A stretch of 64,000 nucleotides of DNA, from contig OZ320321.1 in the NCBI GenBank assembly GCA_976226885.1, positions 75,330,001-75,394,000 of the forward strand, given 5' to 3'. The number at the start of each line of letters is the position of its first letter. The first letter of the stretch is position 1. Both the position numbers and the translations under genes were made by a program. The notes beneath the pieces were generated by a model. The model saw only the letters and a list, made by a program, of their open reading frames with translations. It did no database searches and was not told the origin of the DNA. The DNA is from Iphione sp. A-MEVVRFRX5. Taxonomy: Eukaryota. Shown one piece after another: positions 45,999 through 59,699 of this stretch.

Positions 45999-46364
45999 CT
46001 AAAAAATATATATATATATATTGACACATTCAACCATAATTTCATGTGGCAGGAGACCATCAATGCAGCCAAATATAATACAAAAATATCTATATTGTCT
46101 TCTGAGGCTTCTTTTTCAAAAATGTGTTGTATCAGAGCAAATATGGATTGAATTGATTCGGAGGTGTTTCATGGTAATTTACATCAGATGCAACATATTC
46201 CTTTTTAATGAAATGACATAAAACAAAAAAGCTGATCATACATGTTAAAATATACATCTAGAGCAATGTTTCTATATATTCTGTATATTCGAATGTATAA
46301 ATATCTGTATTTCTATAAATATAAGTGAGCAAGTTTGTTATATATGCATTGAAATAGAATTCTA

Positions 46365-46543
46365 CAGTGGAGTCTCTGTTTACGACCACCACTTGGGACC
46401 AAGTTCAACTGGTTGCAATGGTCAATTTGGTCGTAAATAGATTATTGATAAGTATAGAAATGAAGACTTTTGTTCCAAGCTGTACTGGTCGCAATAGCAA
46501 GAATGGTCGCAAATCGAGTCAGTTGTAAATAGGGACTCTACTG
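46365..46543. mobile_element. Tc1/mariner(pogo)-type MITE
   Basis: TA|CAGTGGAGTCTCTGTTTACGAC ... GTTGTAAATAGGGACTCTACTG|TA: ~22-bp imperfect TIRs and a TA TSD. Confidence 0.85.
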
Positions 46544-46572
46544 TATGTGTGCAAATTTGAATATATACTTAC

Positions 46573-46662
46573 CTCAATGCTTTTTCTGTTTGTCATTGCC
46601 CTGTGAAATGCACTTGATATGCTCCGAGGAATGCACCAAAGGAAGATCCTCTTCTGCTCCAT
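46573..46662 (-). CDS. Host gene first coding exon, sulfotransferase-like P-loop protein
   Basis: ATG at 46662; MEQKRIFLWCIPRSISSAFHRAMTNRKSIE|gtaagt; the LW..PRS.S.AF motif corresponds to the 5'-PSB loop of the sulfotransferase fold; phase 0. Confidence 0.92.
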
Positions 46663-48179
46663 TGAAATATGGACACTATAACTAATGTTGGGATATGCTA
46701 GAAGGTAGAGACAGTCACACCTGCACTAAACACACCTTTGTTTTTAGAGCTTGACTGACTTGGAGAGACCTGCACACAAGTCGGAATTTAGATGCCTGCT
46801 AAAATGTCCATATTCTATAAATAGCATTGTCCTAATTCTGACAACACATTGTGGTAATATATGTTCCGTTCTGAATGGTCTGAGTCGTGGCAGTTGGAGG
46901 TGCATTAGGAAACTCAAGTAGGACCTACATTTTAGGAGACTGAACACCTCTCAAAAAAGCCAATCAACAATACCTGATTATAGAAGGAATACAACTGAAA
47001 TAGCAGAGAAAAGTAATTGAAGCAAAAAGAGAAAACTTGACGCTTATGACAGAGAAAGAGGTCAATGCTCTATATTCTGAAGCCCTGCCCATCCATATCA
47101 ACATTAACAGCTTTTGATGGAGGTTAGGCAGACCAGACAGGCATTTGACATTATAGAGGTAAAAACTGTGAGAGTAGAGGAACAAGAATTTATGATCAGG
47201 CCGGTACAGGCACAGTTAGACTGGTTAAGAAAGGATGACCTGTTTCTGTGAAAAATATTCAGGGCAAAACGAACCATTTGTTACCCCTGAAGTAAGAATG
47301 TTGCAAAGCAGGTGGGTATGGTAGCAGAACACATATAATTACTTACCGCCCTGATATATTACTACTGAATCTCTGGTGTCATATATCTACTGAAGGCAGG
47401 GGTGATGGTCAGGGATGCAGATGTCTATAGTGGTTACGGCCAAAAATAACAAAATGTAACTGAGGACAAAGCTTATTCTAGTGAAATTTCTAAGGATGGA
47501 TATGGTAATTGAAAAATTTTGAAGAATAAGAATGGGTTAAATGAGAGTAATATATGTGTCTTAAAGAATGCATCATTACAAGATCAAAAAGATCGCAGCA
47601 CTTGCGATGACAACAAACATCAAAAAAGTAAGACTGACTGTTTGAAAGCCCTGCTTTAACACCAGACTGACAACATGTAACTCACTTCTTTATTGTTGAA
47701 GAAATGCAGAAAGGTTGTCAAAAGCGCCAATCATTTAGCAGTATATATTCAATTCAATGTGTTTATTCTCCAATCTCTGATTACAATCAAAGTTCTCCTT
47801 GGTCAATATGCGGCCGACAACTTGGCCTCTTAAGTATTAGAAGCGACATCAATACGATGATACATGTCAATGACAATGATGAAACGGATTATGCAGAGAA
47901 TGTTAGTTTCACCCATGTTGCCATGCAACGTAACAACATTAGCACAGCTGTGGTCGCATAAGTAATAGATAGCTATAACATCCAATATGATGCAAAGTAT
48001 GTAATGTTCTCGCATGTCTTTACTGCTAAGTAGATACAATTGCTTCATAGCAATATGAGCACGTTTACTGAATAATTTATAATGCTGACTACTGCCACAT
48101 ATTTGCTACTGACATCTTGTAGTACTGACACTTCACCACCATAGCAACACTGCTATGACTACTAACACAAAGCGACATT

Positions 48180-51070
48180 CTCACTGGACTTTAAGAAGTA
48201 ACCTGTAGGCAAACCCCATACCAACCAGCTTCAAACCCGGCATAGGTAGTCCCGACTAACACCATGCACTCCCTCATCGTTGACCCACTAACCCACCAGC
48301 GGCATGTCTTCCCTCTCTCAACCAGACCTTAAAGTTTGGTTTAGGTGAGCAGGTTAGCCAGTCCAGCAGACCATTCCACTCGCAAGCCCCTTTGTAGCAT
48401 ATGCTGCGAGTGAATGATTTACTCTTGGGCCTTGGGACTTTAATCCTTCTGCGACTACCCACCCGCGTCCTGGTGCTTGACGCGAGCGGTAGCAGACCCA
48501 GCTGCACCTGTCTGTGAACTGCAGACATTGCTCGATGTTCGATTAGGTCGGATACCCTTTCAATACCAAGTTTCTTGTGTAACCTCCTGGCAGACAAGAA
48601 ACCCTGTCTCTGGATGCAGACCCTGGCACATTGATTGGCATGCACCTGTAATCTGTCCACATCACCCTTGCTGCACCCATAAAAGAGTACCGCACTGTAC
48701 GTCAAGTGAGGCAAAACTAGAGCCTTGAAAAGCCTAATGCGGACTGCCAAAGGAAGCAGCGCCTTCGCCCTACCAACTTTCAGGGCGGCCACCCACATTT
48801 TGGACTTAACCTCTCTTTGCGCCTCCTTTAACTGTAGTCTGGCGTCCAGACAATACCCGAGTAGCTTAGGGCTGTCTACCATCGCCATTGGAGACTCATT
48901 GATCTTTAAGTCGAGCGGGATACTGCTCGCTCTCCCGACCGTGGTGTAACTACATTTTCTCTCGCTTAGGCGAAGGCCATTGTCATCACACCACTTGGCG
49001 ACGTTCGAAATCATCCTCTGTGTCAGCCCCCTTAGGTGCAGCAGATCTGTCGCCTTGGTCACTACGGAGAGGTCGTCCGCATATAATACTGCGTGCGCCC
49101 CCTCAGGTATCACGCGTATGATGTCGTCTACCACTAAGCTGAATGCGTTGGGCCCGATCACCAAGCCCTGCGGCACTCCATGTCGGACCGGCCGGCACCT
49201 CGAGCAGGTCCCTCTGCAACGCACATACTGCTGCCGTCCGCTGAAAAAACTTGTAATCAGGTTTCTCAGCTTGCTTCCCGCTCCTGCCACCTCTAGCCTT
49301 CTGATAACTAGCTCCAAAGGCACAAGATCAAAGGCCTTTTGAAGATCAAACGTTGTGAGGCAGCAGTACAGACCATCATTGTTGGCTTCGAGTAATGCTC
49401 CCACAACGTTGACTATTGCTGTTTCTGTGCTCCTATTGGATCGGAACCCGTGTTGGTGTGAGCTCAGAAAGTTTCGGCGTTCGAGGCAACACATCAGATG
49501 TTTCATTGCCCATGCCTCTAAGATCTTGCCTTGGACAGGAAGTATGGACACTGGGCGATAGTTCTATAGGTCATTGCTATCGCCCTTTTTGTACAGGGGG
49601 GTGACCCGGGCCACCTTCCATTTGTCCGGATAGTTGTTACTTTCCGTGATCTTTGCGAAAATACTGGCCAGAAGGTCAAGATTCAGGAGCAGCAGAGGCT
49701 TTAGGATCCTCATTGGAATTCCCTCTACCCCTGAGGCCTTTCGTACATTCTGCTTTTGCACGATCGGTAGCAACTCAGCAGGAGTCGGAATTGGTAGCTC
49801 AAACCTCTCTGTGACCGGCGGTGGATGCAACGTCCTCAGCTGCACACTCCTGACCAGTGCTTCAACGTCATCAATGAATTTGTTGTTAAATCTCTCAGCC
49901 AAGGACTGTCCTTGGTCTTCCTCACTTTCATTGCTTGGCAGCGTCATCTGTGTTGGCTCTGCCCAAGACACGATTCAGCACCAGCCATGTTTTGGCTGCA
50001 TCACTCTCCGCACGATGTAACTCATCATACCAGTACATCTTGGTCGAAGCCTTAATGTTACGTTTAACCGCAACATTCAAGTGTTTGAATATGCGTTTTG
50101 CATCTTTACACCCGGTGGCCTTCCATTTACGGAAGAAATAATTCCGGTCAGCAATTAACTCCAAGGCATGCGGCTCTAAATGAAGCCCGTTGCCCCAGAC
50201 CATCTTTTCCACCTTCCTCTCGGGGCATTGCGCCTCTAGATTTCGCCTGATGCATGTTGTTATTGCATCCCAGGCATCTTTGGCAGACGATTGAAGGTCC
50301 TCCGTACTGGCCCTTAATTCTGACTGTATGGCATCAAGGTCTGCTTTCCTCCACTGACGGACGCTCACTGTCACTTGCTGCCTCTTGTCCCTACCCTTCT
50401 GGAAGCTGAAAGAGACAGGCAGGTGATCGCTTAGAAATTCATCTAAGGTGCTCACTTCAAATCTTCCACTGTAGTCTACCCATATTTGATCGTTGCATCT
50501 AGCTGAGTCGACCATTGTGCTTGTTTGCACAAGCTGTGATAGACCATGCCCACTAAGCATCTCTGAGATACTTATCCCCCCCCTCTCTTTCCCAGAAAAA
50601 TCATAATTGAGATCTCCGAGCAAGGTGATGTCTGTGCAACGATGCCTTTTAGCAGACTTGAGGATACGGTCAAGCTCCTCAACCGAGTGCTTGACCATGT
50701 CGTGAGGGGGTCTGTAGACACCCAAGATGATGTGTAGTCTGCGCTTCCCTATCTTTACTTTCACCCCAAGGCATTCACAAAGTCCAGATTCCGGCCTAAA
50801 GGCTAGGGTGGATAGTACATCTATCCCCTCTTTGACATAGATGACTACCCCACCCCCTCTGGACCGCTTCGCGCATTCCCTATCCAATCTGAATAGGGAG
50901 TAGCCTTCAATGCCCACCTCACCATCCGAATGTGACTGGTTAAGCCACGATTCGGTCACCACTGCTACGTCCACATGTTCCTCTCTTAGGATCCTGCCGA
51001 CGGCTGAAGATTTCCGTGAGAGGCTGCGTACGTTATATGTCAACAGTGTCACCCTACCCATTGTCTGACT
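48180..51070 (-). mobile_element. Nearly full-length single-ORF APE-RT LINE (L2/Crack/Daphne-like), few frameshifts
   Basis: YNVRSL, TESWL, GGGVVIY, YRPP, GDLN, SDH (51061-49928); PLYKKG; QHGF, DLQKAFD, GVPQG, YADD, WNGL (49551-48274). No ORF1 seen. Confidence 0.92.
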
Positions 51071-51886
51071 AAACTATTTGAAGCTGGATGTCATAGGCAG
51101 TGCCCCCAGTATACCCCTGTAACATGCAGCCTTTATGGGAAAAAGATTCAGTAGACTGAGACCGCCCAACTACTAGTAATACCTGAGTTGGATATGTGAT
51201 ATAAAGGTGTATAGATCCCAACAAAATAGTACAAGTTAAGAGCGGACATGTCAAAACGGGCTTCATAAAGTTGAGTAAACAGCGTTTAATGTCATACAGA
51301 TATATTATACCATGCATCAAAAATATTTGTGTTATTTGTTAGCTTTTGTCCAAAACTACTCAAACTTTTCACATAAACACTGGAAAACACGCGATGCCTC
51401 ATTAGCAATCACATAGCAGAAACATTCAAAAACTATAATTCGCATGTGATGTTAAACTCAAGTACGATCATAGCACAAGTATTATTCCAAACTCTGATTT
51501 AATGATCAAGGTTAAGCTAGCTCTAGCTAGCAAGTCTCTTGGATAAATGATTGCTCAAATGTGTAAAGTAAATGGAACTTGTAGTAACTTCTATTTTGTG
51601 AACACGTGATTGGGTACTACGACTCTCCATAGACTAGGGTGCTCTCTCTAAACATAGGCACTTCAGCTGCATCGAGTCAGGCCAAGCCCTTACCAAACAA
51701 AACCAACAGAACAATAATAAACTTGCCGTAGCTGTAATACAGGCCCTTACCAGGCAAAAACCATCAACTCAATCATAAGCGTGCTGTAGCTGTCATATAA
51801 GTGATATCAGATCAATCATGCGCATGCTGTAGCTGTGATATAAGTGATATACCTCCACCATATGCCAAAATTAGAAGTGCAGTTCA

Positions 51887-51897
51887 GTGACTCAGCA
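51887..51897 (+). promoter_or_regulatory. Antioxidant-response-element (CNC/Maf, AP-1) consensus
   Basis: GTGACTCAGCA in unique-looking sequence ~5.2 kb upstream of the host ATG. Single motif match. Confidence 0.25.
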
Positions 51898-52489
51898 TGA
51901 TAGTCCATAGTCGCTCGGTACTAGGTTGTGTTCAGTGGTTGCATTAAACGAAACCCGAGAGCAACCAACTCTTTTTGAGGCTAAATAGTTCGCGCTGAAA
52001 CTAGAGATATAGCAAAATTGGGCGAATAAGAAAACATCTGCGCCATATTGGCAGTGTTCATATGCAAAAATTACCTCCAAAATAATTGGTAGCGCCCACT
52101 ACGAAGCTGTAATCGGTGATGCCGCCACCCAAAGGAAGCATCACACTGAGAAAAGGACCGTAATATTTGCGTGTCAGAGTTGCTGCTTTGCATTTACTGT
52201 GCTCCGTCTCTGGTACTGTTGCTTAACACATATAGCCGGAAAAATCTCAGTAGCTCACCTAGCCAGTCTCTGTACACCTCCTCATGAACATGGAAACCAC
52301 ATTCTCTGAGGTAATCGACACGCACCTGCATACTGTTGAGCCCGTATTTATTGATGGGCAAGTCCAATCATATATCTGTTGTAACACAGTTGTAAATTTG
52401 ATGATGATGTATCCTGGTCTGATGTCTCTTAAAAATAAAGGGATTTATGTTGTATTAAAGATGAGATGTTGAGCCAAAAGAGCCAATGT

Positions 52490-55400
52490 AATAATACAAC
52501 TTATGTACAGTGTATAGATAGACGAATTGTAAGTAAGGCCACTTGCAGAGTAAGGTAACAGAGCAAACAAAAATTTTGTTCATTCTATGTAGAAAATGGT
52601 CTTTCGCATACTTCGCAGCTCTTCATGGTATCAGTGATAACAATAATTGAATCTGTGAACAATAAATGATTTCCCTTGTTTCACACGGTGTCGTGATGCC
52701 TGTAAGGGCACACTAAACAAGATAAGGTAAAACTGATGCTCAAGCGTGACCCAATCTGATGCTGAAGAAGAACAAAGGCTGACTCCAACCTGACTTGCGG
52801 TGAAACTCCATGTGGGCAACGGCACCACAACCCTTCGTTGAAGAGGTCGCCGAAGCAGCAAACCAACATGTGGTGTACTCGTTGTACTTCAACAGAGGGC
52901 GCAGACCCCTGCACACACACTTCCTAGGGCGTCAGAGTCGACTGAGGTATATCTCAGGCATCCTGGGAAGACCGGCAAGATCACTGTTCGTTGTCAGGGA
53001 GCCCAAGCTGTCATGACAGGTGCTCGAGTGGAACCTACCGAGGGACATGCGCCTGAACGACAAACAACTGCTGAACCTGTCGGGTTTGACGCTGAACTAG
53101 CAACTCGAAGGATGACGGGAACGACAGTTGCTGAATCCCACATTTGAGAAGCCAGCAGCGATTGAGGGCATGCGGCGAGTGTCCCCCAACCCAGACGTGG
53201 GCTGGTTAGCCACGTCGGAACAGGGACTCGGAGGACCGAGGTGCCCGCAGCTACCCCCCTGCCAGCCCTGGTAGGACGATGGACCACTCCGTGGACCTAT
53301 CCCCGCAGGACTTGAGGCACGCCATCATGAGACGGCATGAGGCTAAGACGACAGCCGAGGTCGACGCCAAGACATGACAACTACTGCAGTCAGTTCGAAA
53401 TGGTGAAATCACTCTCGAAGGCACGTATTTCCTGTGCCGAGTGGGAATAGGACGAGCGTGGAAGGTGCCTGTACCACCAGAGCTCGGACGACCCGGTCAC
53501 TCAAGAAGCAAATAAGACTTGACAACCGTAAAAGACGATAGGCAGAGACAGCTACATCAAAAGGCCATGAGGCCAAAAGGTGAGCAGGGTTTCTGAGAAG
53601 TTTTTGCCAAGACTAACTGGGAAGCCTAGAGGGTAAGGCCTTGGTTAAAGAAGTCTAAAGAGAGAATGGATTTGACCACTTTAGAATTTGATTCCCGGTC
53701 GGTGGGATTTATCATTTTAATGCTCCTAATTGTGGCCGCACTAATGGGGGCATTGGGCTATATAGCATGTAAAATAATTCCGGGTTGTGGGACCCCCGAA
53801 CTGGTGTTAGTGGAAACAGCATATGAACTGCAGGTGCTTCCATGAGCAGCCGTGAGACAGGCACATGGCAGAGGCAGACCCCAAGAATTTGGGAGGGGAC
53901 GTCGACCTCCAACGTTGTTTTAGGGGAATTGATCAGCACTTGGCTAAGGTAACGGAAAATTTAAGTATACAAGGGGCTAAACAATCTGTCCCAAGTTTTG
54001 ATGGGAAACCGAAAAAATTTTAAACCATGGATGAAGGCCATAGATCACAACACTATAGGGTATGTCGTACAAGATGAGGGAGCCATGCACTTTAGACAGC
54101 TACTGACCCAAATGACAGCAGAGGGCCCTGTCGCCGATTACATCATCCGATATGTTACTGAACAAGATCCGAGATCGAGAGGAGACCATCCTCGCTTGCT
54201 GGAGCCGTGGTTGACTCCACCTGAGTGGGACTGATTTCGTGAACAGTTATCCCGAAGATTTGGGGAGGTGATTGACCCAGTGTATGCGAAGGGGCTTTTA
54301 CGTAAATGTAAGCAGAAGTCAGACGAGACCATTTATGTGTACTCAGAGCGACTACTTGACTTTGCCCAAGAAACATTCTCGCCCAAGGAAATGCATCAGG
54401 CAGCTGTGAATTCTTCACCGACCAAGGAAAAAACCCTAAGGTAGCCAGAAAAATTATCCGCAAAGGACCGGAGGACTTTGTTGCCGCAGTGGCATGTACT
54501 GGAGGAGAGACAGAGGTCCTACGGCACATTTCCCTGAGGGGAAGAGACCATCATACCCTGATGGAAGTGGATGCCATTGACACTGGGTGAAAACGGTTTC
54601 AAGGCAATTGCCACTGCTGCGAAAAGCAGGGGCATATCGCTAAAAACTACTACAAGGCCAAGGCTAAGTTCAAATGGCAGAAGGAGGGTGCTCCTCAACA
54701 GCCATTGCAAAAAGTGATCAAAAAGATTCAGTGTTACGGTTGCAAAAAGTTCTGACATTACCAATGCCTGAACAAGAGTCCCTCAAACTAAAGCCGACGA
54801 ATTATACAGGATGACGAGAGGCCAACAATTAAGATTAAGGTAGGGCCGTATGGGTTCTGTGCCTTGTTAGATACGAGAGCAGACGTGTCCATAGTAAGGG
54901 AGGATATTTATCAAAGTTTGTAGAGGAAACGTCTTGCTACCAGTTTGAGACCGCCACCCACCACTATACGGGGAGTGGCCGGTGGGGAATCGAAACAAAT
55001 GGGTAATACAGAGATAGAGTTTTCAGTATTAGGAAAGAAGTTTACAGTGGAATTTCGCTTAATGAGTAGCTCCAGGCATACGTTTATTTTGGGTCAGGAC
55101 TGGTTAAGTCAACACCCTATGCAGCTGTTACCCGAGGAGGGGATGGTAAGATGTTCGTCATTGTTAGTCCCTATGATTGGAGAGCAGCAGGTTGACGCCA
55201 TCGTGCGGGTTGAGTCAGACACAGTGCTGCCCCCCAATACAGCCATCATAGCGTATGGCTAGGGGAGGAAAAAGGAAATTCTGAGTGACGACCCGAGTGC
55301 CACCATAATTGTGAAGGGCTCCAAGCAAAGTTACTTAATAAAAGAACTGGGAGTCTTAGTGGCGAATTGTCTGATGGAGGTAAGGTCAGATCTGGTGCTA

Positions 55401-57990
55401 GTACTAATCATGAATACCACTACAAGCACACTAATGCTGAGTACTGGGAATGTCAGAGCAGAAAATGAGCTGGTGGCAGAAGGGAGGTGTATTGAGTTAG
55501 GATTGGTACAAACCGATCTGCAACCAGCACCCCGAACCATTAAAACTGCGGTATCTTCGTTGTAAGAGCTGTAAGCTAATAATGAGGATTTGTTTGCAGC
55601 CTCTGATGTGGAGTTGGGGTGCAAGCATCTCGTCACCATGGAGATTGACACTGGAGATCATGAGCCAATTGCACAAAAACCATATCACACCCCCATTTCA
55701 AGACAGGCGGTGGTGGAAGAAAAGATTCAGGGTATGTTAGACAGAGGCATAATTTGCACAAGTCGCAGTCCAGGAGTTTCACCTATAGTGTTGGTGGAGA
55801 AGAAGGACAGTACAATGCAGTTCTGTGTGGATTATTGCCACGTTAATGATGTCGCCGTTAATTTCAATTGGCCTCTATCCCACATTGACAACATTCTAGC
55901 AAAGTTGGAAGGTAGCACATGCTCTTCCACCCTCGACCTTCGGAGTGGCTACCATCAGGTACCAATGGAAGAAACATCGCGGCCTAAAATGGCTTTTGCA
56001 TGCCACGCAGGACTATTTGAATGTAATGTAATGCCATTTGGATTATGTAATGCTCCTAGCGTGTTTTGCGAATTGATGGCCTAGGTGTTGGATGGGATTA
56101 ATGGCATGTTTACTACTGCCTTTATTGATGATATTTTGGTGTGGTCTCTGGACCAAACCACCCATCTTTGTCATTTACAGATGGTGTTTGATCGACTATG
56201 CGATGCCAGCCTTAAGCTGATACGCAGTAAGTGTGACTTCTTTTGTCCCCAGTTGCAGTACCTTGGCCATGTTATTATGCCTGATGGGGTACAGCCAGAC
56301 GAGGGAAAAGTCGCCAGCATTTCAGAACTTGAGTCACCCATTGATGCAAAGGGTGTTCGATCCTTCATTGGTTTGGCTAGCTTCTACAGGCGGTATGTGC
56401 CGGGGTTCGCCCAGATAGCTGAGCCGCTCATTCCCCTTTACTGGCCTTCCCCATGTTCGATCGGGAGTTCATCCTGTATACCGATGCCAGTGATGCTTAT
56501 GTTGGAGCTGTCCTTGTACAAGAATTTGACAAGAAAAACCAATTCAGTATATGGCGCACCACCTGTGTGAGACTCAGCAGAGGTGGCGATTTTCTCCGCC
56601 ATCCGCGCTTTCCAGTATGGACACAAATTCATTTTCCAGACAGATCACAAACCTCTAAAATTCCTGTTCAAATCAGAACAGAAGAAGGCGAAGGTCCAGC
56701 GATGGGCCATGCAGCTTTCTTAGTATGATTGCAAAATCCAGTATATTCCAGGAGAATATCCCAGCCGATACTTTAAGTCAGTTGTGGTCCGGTCATATAG
56801 ACCCATAAATGAGTGACCCCTAGAGGGAGGGCAAAGTGGCTCCCCTTGACCAGACTACATCGGAGGTGGAGTCAGGGCCCCACAAGGACTCCGCAAAGTA
56901 CAGACAATAACGCTTCCAGTACCAACTCGGAAGAAGCGGACATGCTTCAAACTAGGGAACTGATGTATCCGGAGGGCATTGAGACCGTGCAAGCCTCAGA
57001 CCCGGAGTGTGTGAAACTCCAGAGGTGGGGCCAAAATTCATGAAGGTGGAGCAGTTATGGTACTATGTGGGCAAGCGTCCAGAAGCTTGCTTGCACTTAG
57101 TAGTACTAAAGGTGTACCATAGTGCAGTGCTGGATCAGCAACACGATCAAATAGGGCATTTGAAGATTGATAAAACATACGATAGGGTACGGGCACTGTA
57201 CTATTGGAAAAATCTATTTAGAGATGTCGTCGCTCACATCCGAGGCTGTGCATTGTGTAACACACGTAAATTGAAGAGGCAGTTGAGACCTCTTCACGAA
57301 ATGGAAAGTATTAACTTTCCATTTCAAAAGTTGGCAGTCGATACTTGTGGACCGTACCAGGAATCTGAAGCCATGTATGTGTATCTCCTGACCCTTATCG
57401 ATGTCTATTCCGGGTGGCCTGAAATGGTCCCCATGAAAAATGAATAGGCCCAGAGGGTTGCGACAATTTTCTTGAACGAGGTGATTCCTCATCATGGAGG
57501 TCCCATAGTACTGTTATCTGACAATGGGACTGAGTTCGTGAATGAAGTAATGAAGGAAATTTGTCGAAAATTTATTGTAGCACGTAGCACCACCAGTCTG
57601 TATCACCCAGCGGGAAACAGTAAGGTTGAGCGGATGCATAGAGTATGGAATGACGTTGTGGCGAAGTTGACCCAAGGAAACATGGCACATTGGGAGAGGG
57701 CTATACCCTTAGCTTTGTTGGCTCTGCGAATGAGTACCAACGAGTAAACCAAGCATGTGCCCTTCTACCTTCTCCATGGGAGAGATGCCATATTGCCAGT
57801 GGACACATTGCTTCAACCCCAAGTGAAGTACTATGGAGAGGAGCATCATCAAATAGCCCTGCAACGCCAAAATTAATTATGAGGCAACTAGGCCTCCAGA
57901 CACCCATATCTTCTAAAGCCTTCCGGTATAGGGTCGCCCCTGTTAAATTTGTACAGGACATCATTTGCTTGTAGAAATGTGACGTTCTCA
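52490..57990 (+). mobile_element. Decayed Ty3/Gypsy retrotransposon (family C; gag-PR-RT-RH-IN)
   Basis: AATAAA at 52661, LTR-like end ..TTCACA at 52685, PBS-His remnant CGGTGTCGTGA; CYGCKKF*H knuckle; LLDTRADVS protease; LDLRSGYHQ, MPFGL, FIDD RT; HDQIGH..C..C, SDNG.EF, YHP.GN..VER integrase. Many stops; no 3' LTR found; boundaries approximate. Confidence 0.9.
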
Positions 57991-59699
57991 AGCCTTGCAC
58001 AAGCATGGCATTTTGTCAGGAGCGGAGGCGATAGGAAGTGTGGAGAAAATATATCAGATCACATTGACAGATGATGTGAGACTGATGAGGAAAAGGTCAA
58101 GAAACATAAAGGACGACAAGGACTGGGCAACTTGACAATTAGCTACAATGAGGGAGATCCTAGTGGCTTTATTTAGCCAGGATATCAAGGCACGTCAGTG
58201 CCTATTGGACAATGGAGACTTCTCATTGTTAGAGGCAACACTTCATACGTTCTGGGGCAAAGGTACAAACCTGTATTGCGAGGGGGCAAAAAGCCGGCAG
58301 ACTTTAGGGAAAAAATCACCCGGGTTTGCTACTAGTGCAGGTAAGAGGACAACTTCAAGCACATGGCGCCTATTGTCATCTATTTGGTAACTCGTATATT
58401 AAAAGGATGGAGCCCCAGGTGTGACTACTTGGTTTACAGGTAAACCTGCATTGATGGATACTTAGGGGCAATGCTGGCAAGAGTTGCTGATCACATCTTG
58501 GGAGTGCTGTTTGCAGATAAGCCTTCACTTATTATCATTTTTGTGGCATATGTGAAATAACAAAGCTAACTCACAGTATCAACAATGTGAAATTTTATGA
58601 ATTACAGATGACCACTCTAGCTGAGAGTAGTTTTAGCTGATTCAGCTACATTATTTTGAGAATCAGCTGGCAGCTTCAGCAGGCGGGTTAATGGAAGAAT
58701 TGAGTGCAGCTGTGTACTCAATAATCTTTAGGTTGAATTTCAAGCATCATAATTAATTTCGGGCAGCATTGTTGATTACGGCTGTTAAGATCCTCAGGAT
58801 ATTATCAATACATATGTTTAGCGATATAATGCCCTAGTGATAAAGCATAATGAAGAATTGAATGTTCCAACATCATGGTTTTAAAGATCATAAATCCCCA
58901 TTGCAAAAGGAGGATTAGATATCTACCTAAGAAGTTTGTTGATGATTGTCATTTGACTCAATCAGGTTATTATGAAATGGCGTGCGAACTAAGACGATAT
59001 ATTAATGGGTTTATTGGGAAACAAATATGACAACTTACAAAAAAGACATAGATATATTCTTCTCATACTTGGTTGCATTTGATGTAGGGAATATGCTTAC
59101 ATATCTTACTATCTATGCTTACATGATATGGATATTCTTTGCCATACCCACTTGAACTTGATGTAGGGATTATGTTTACCAGTTTATGGTGTGGATACTT
59201 TACTGTCGTATTCAAAAGATTTTGACAGAAGTATGTTAAACTGTTTTCTTGTCGCTATACAATGGTCAGTACCGAATATTATTTAATGGTATAATATATT
59301 CGATGAAGGTATGTAAATACATGTATGGATAGGATATTATTATCTCCATCATTACTCTGATAGTATGCATTTATAGAAAGCTGTACCAAAAGCAACCAGT
59401 CTATTTACTCTCAACCTCGGACTTTGTGACTATATGACATCATTACTTTATTATATTGTTCATTCATATCATCATATCGCCATTCGATCTGGAAAACATT
59501 AGGACTGTCACTGTCATTGTTGTCATTTGGTGCCCTACTTAAATTAATTATATAATAATGGGTACACTGGCTTAACTATGCTATCGACTGTATCAAATAA
59601 ATTTTTCAGCTGGGTTATCGAATATTAGAAGTTTATTTCATAAAATAGATGCAATGAGAAAGTATTACCTGATACTGATTTTTCTTATAGAAACTTGTT

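Noticed and set aside
51062-51320. HDV-like ribozyme in the 5' UTR of the single-ORF LINE
   Set aside because: Looked for P3/L3 and nested P1/P2 pairing by eye and found no convincing pseudoknot. A covariance-model search would be needed to exclude it.
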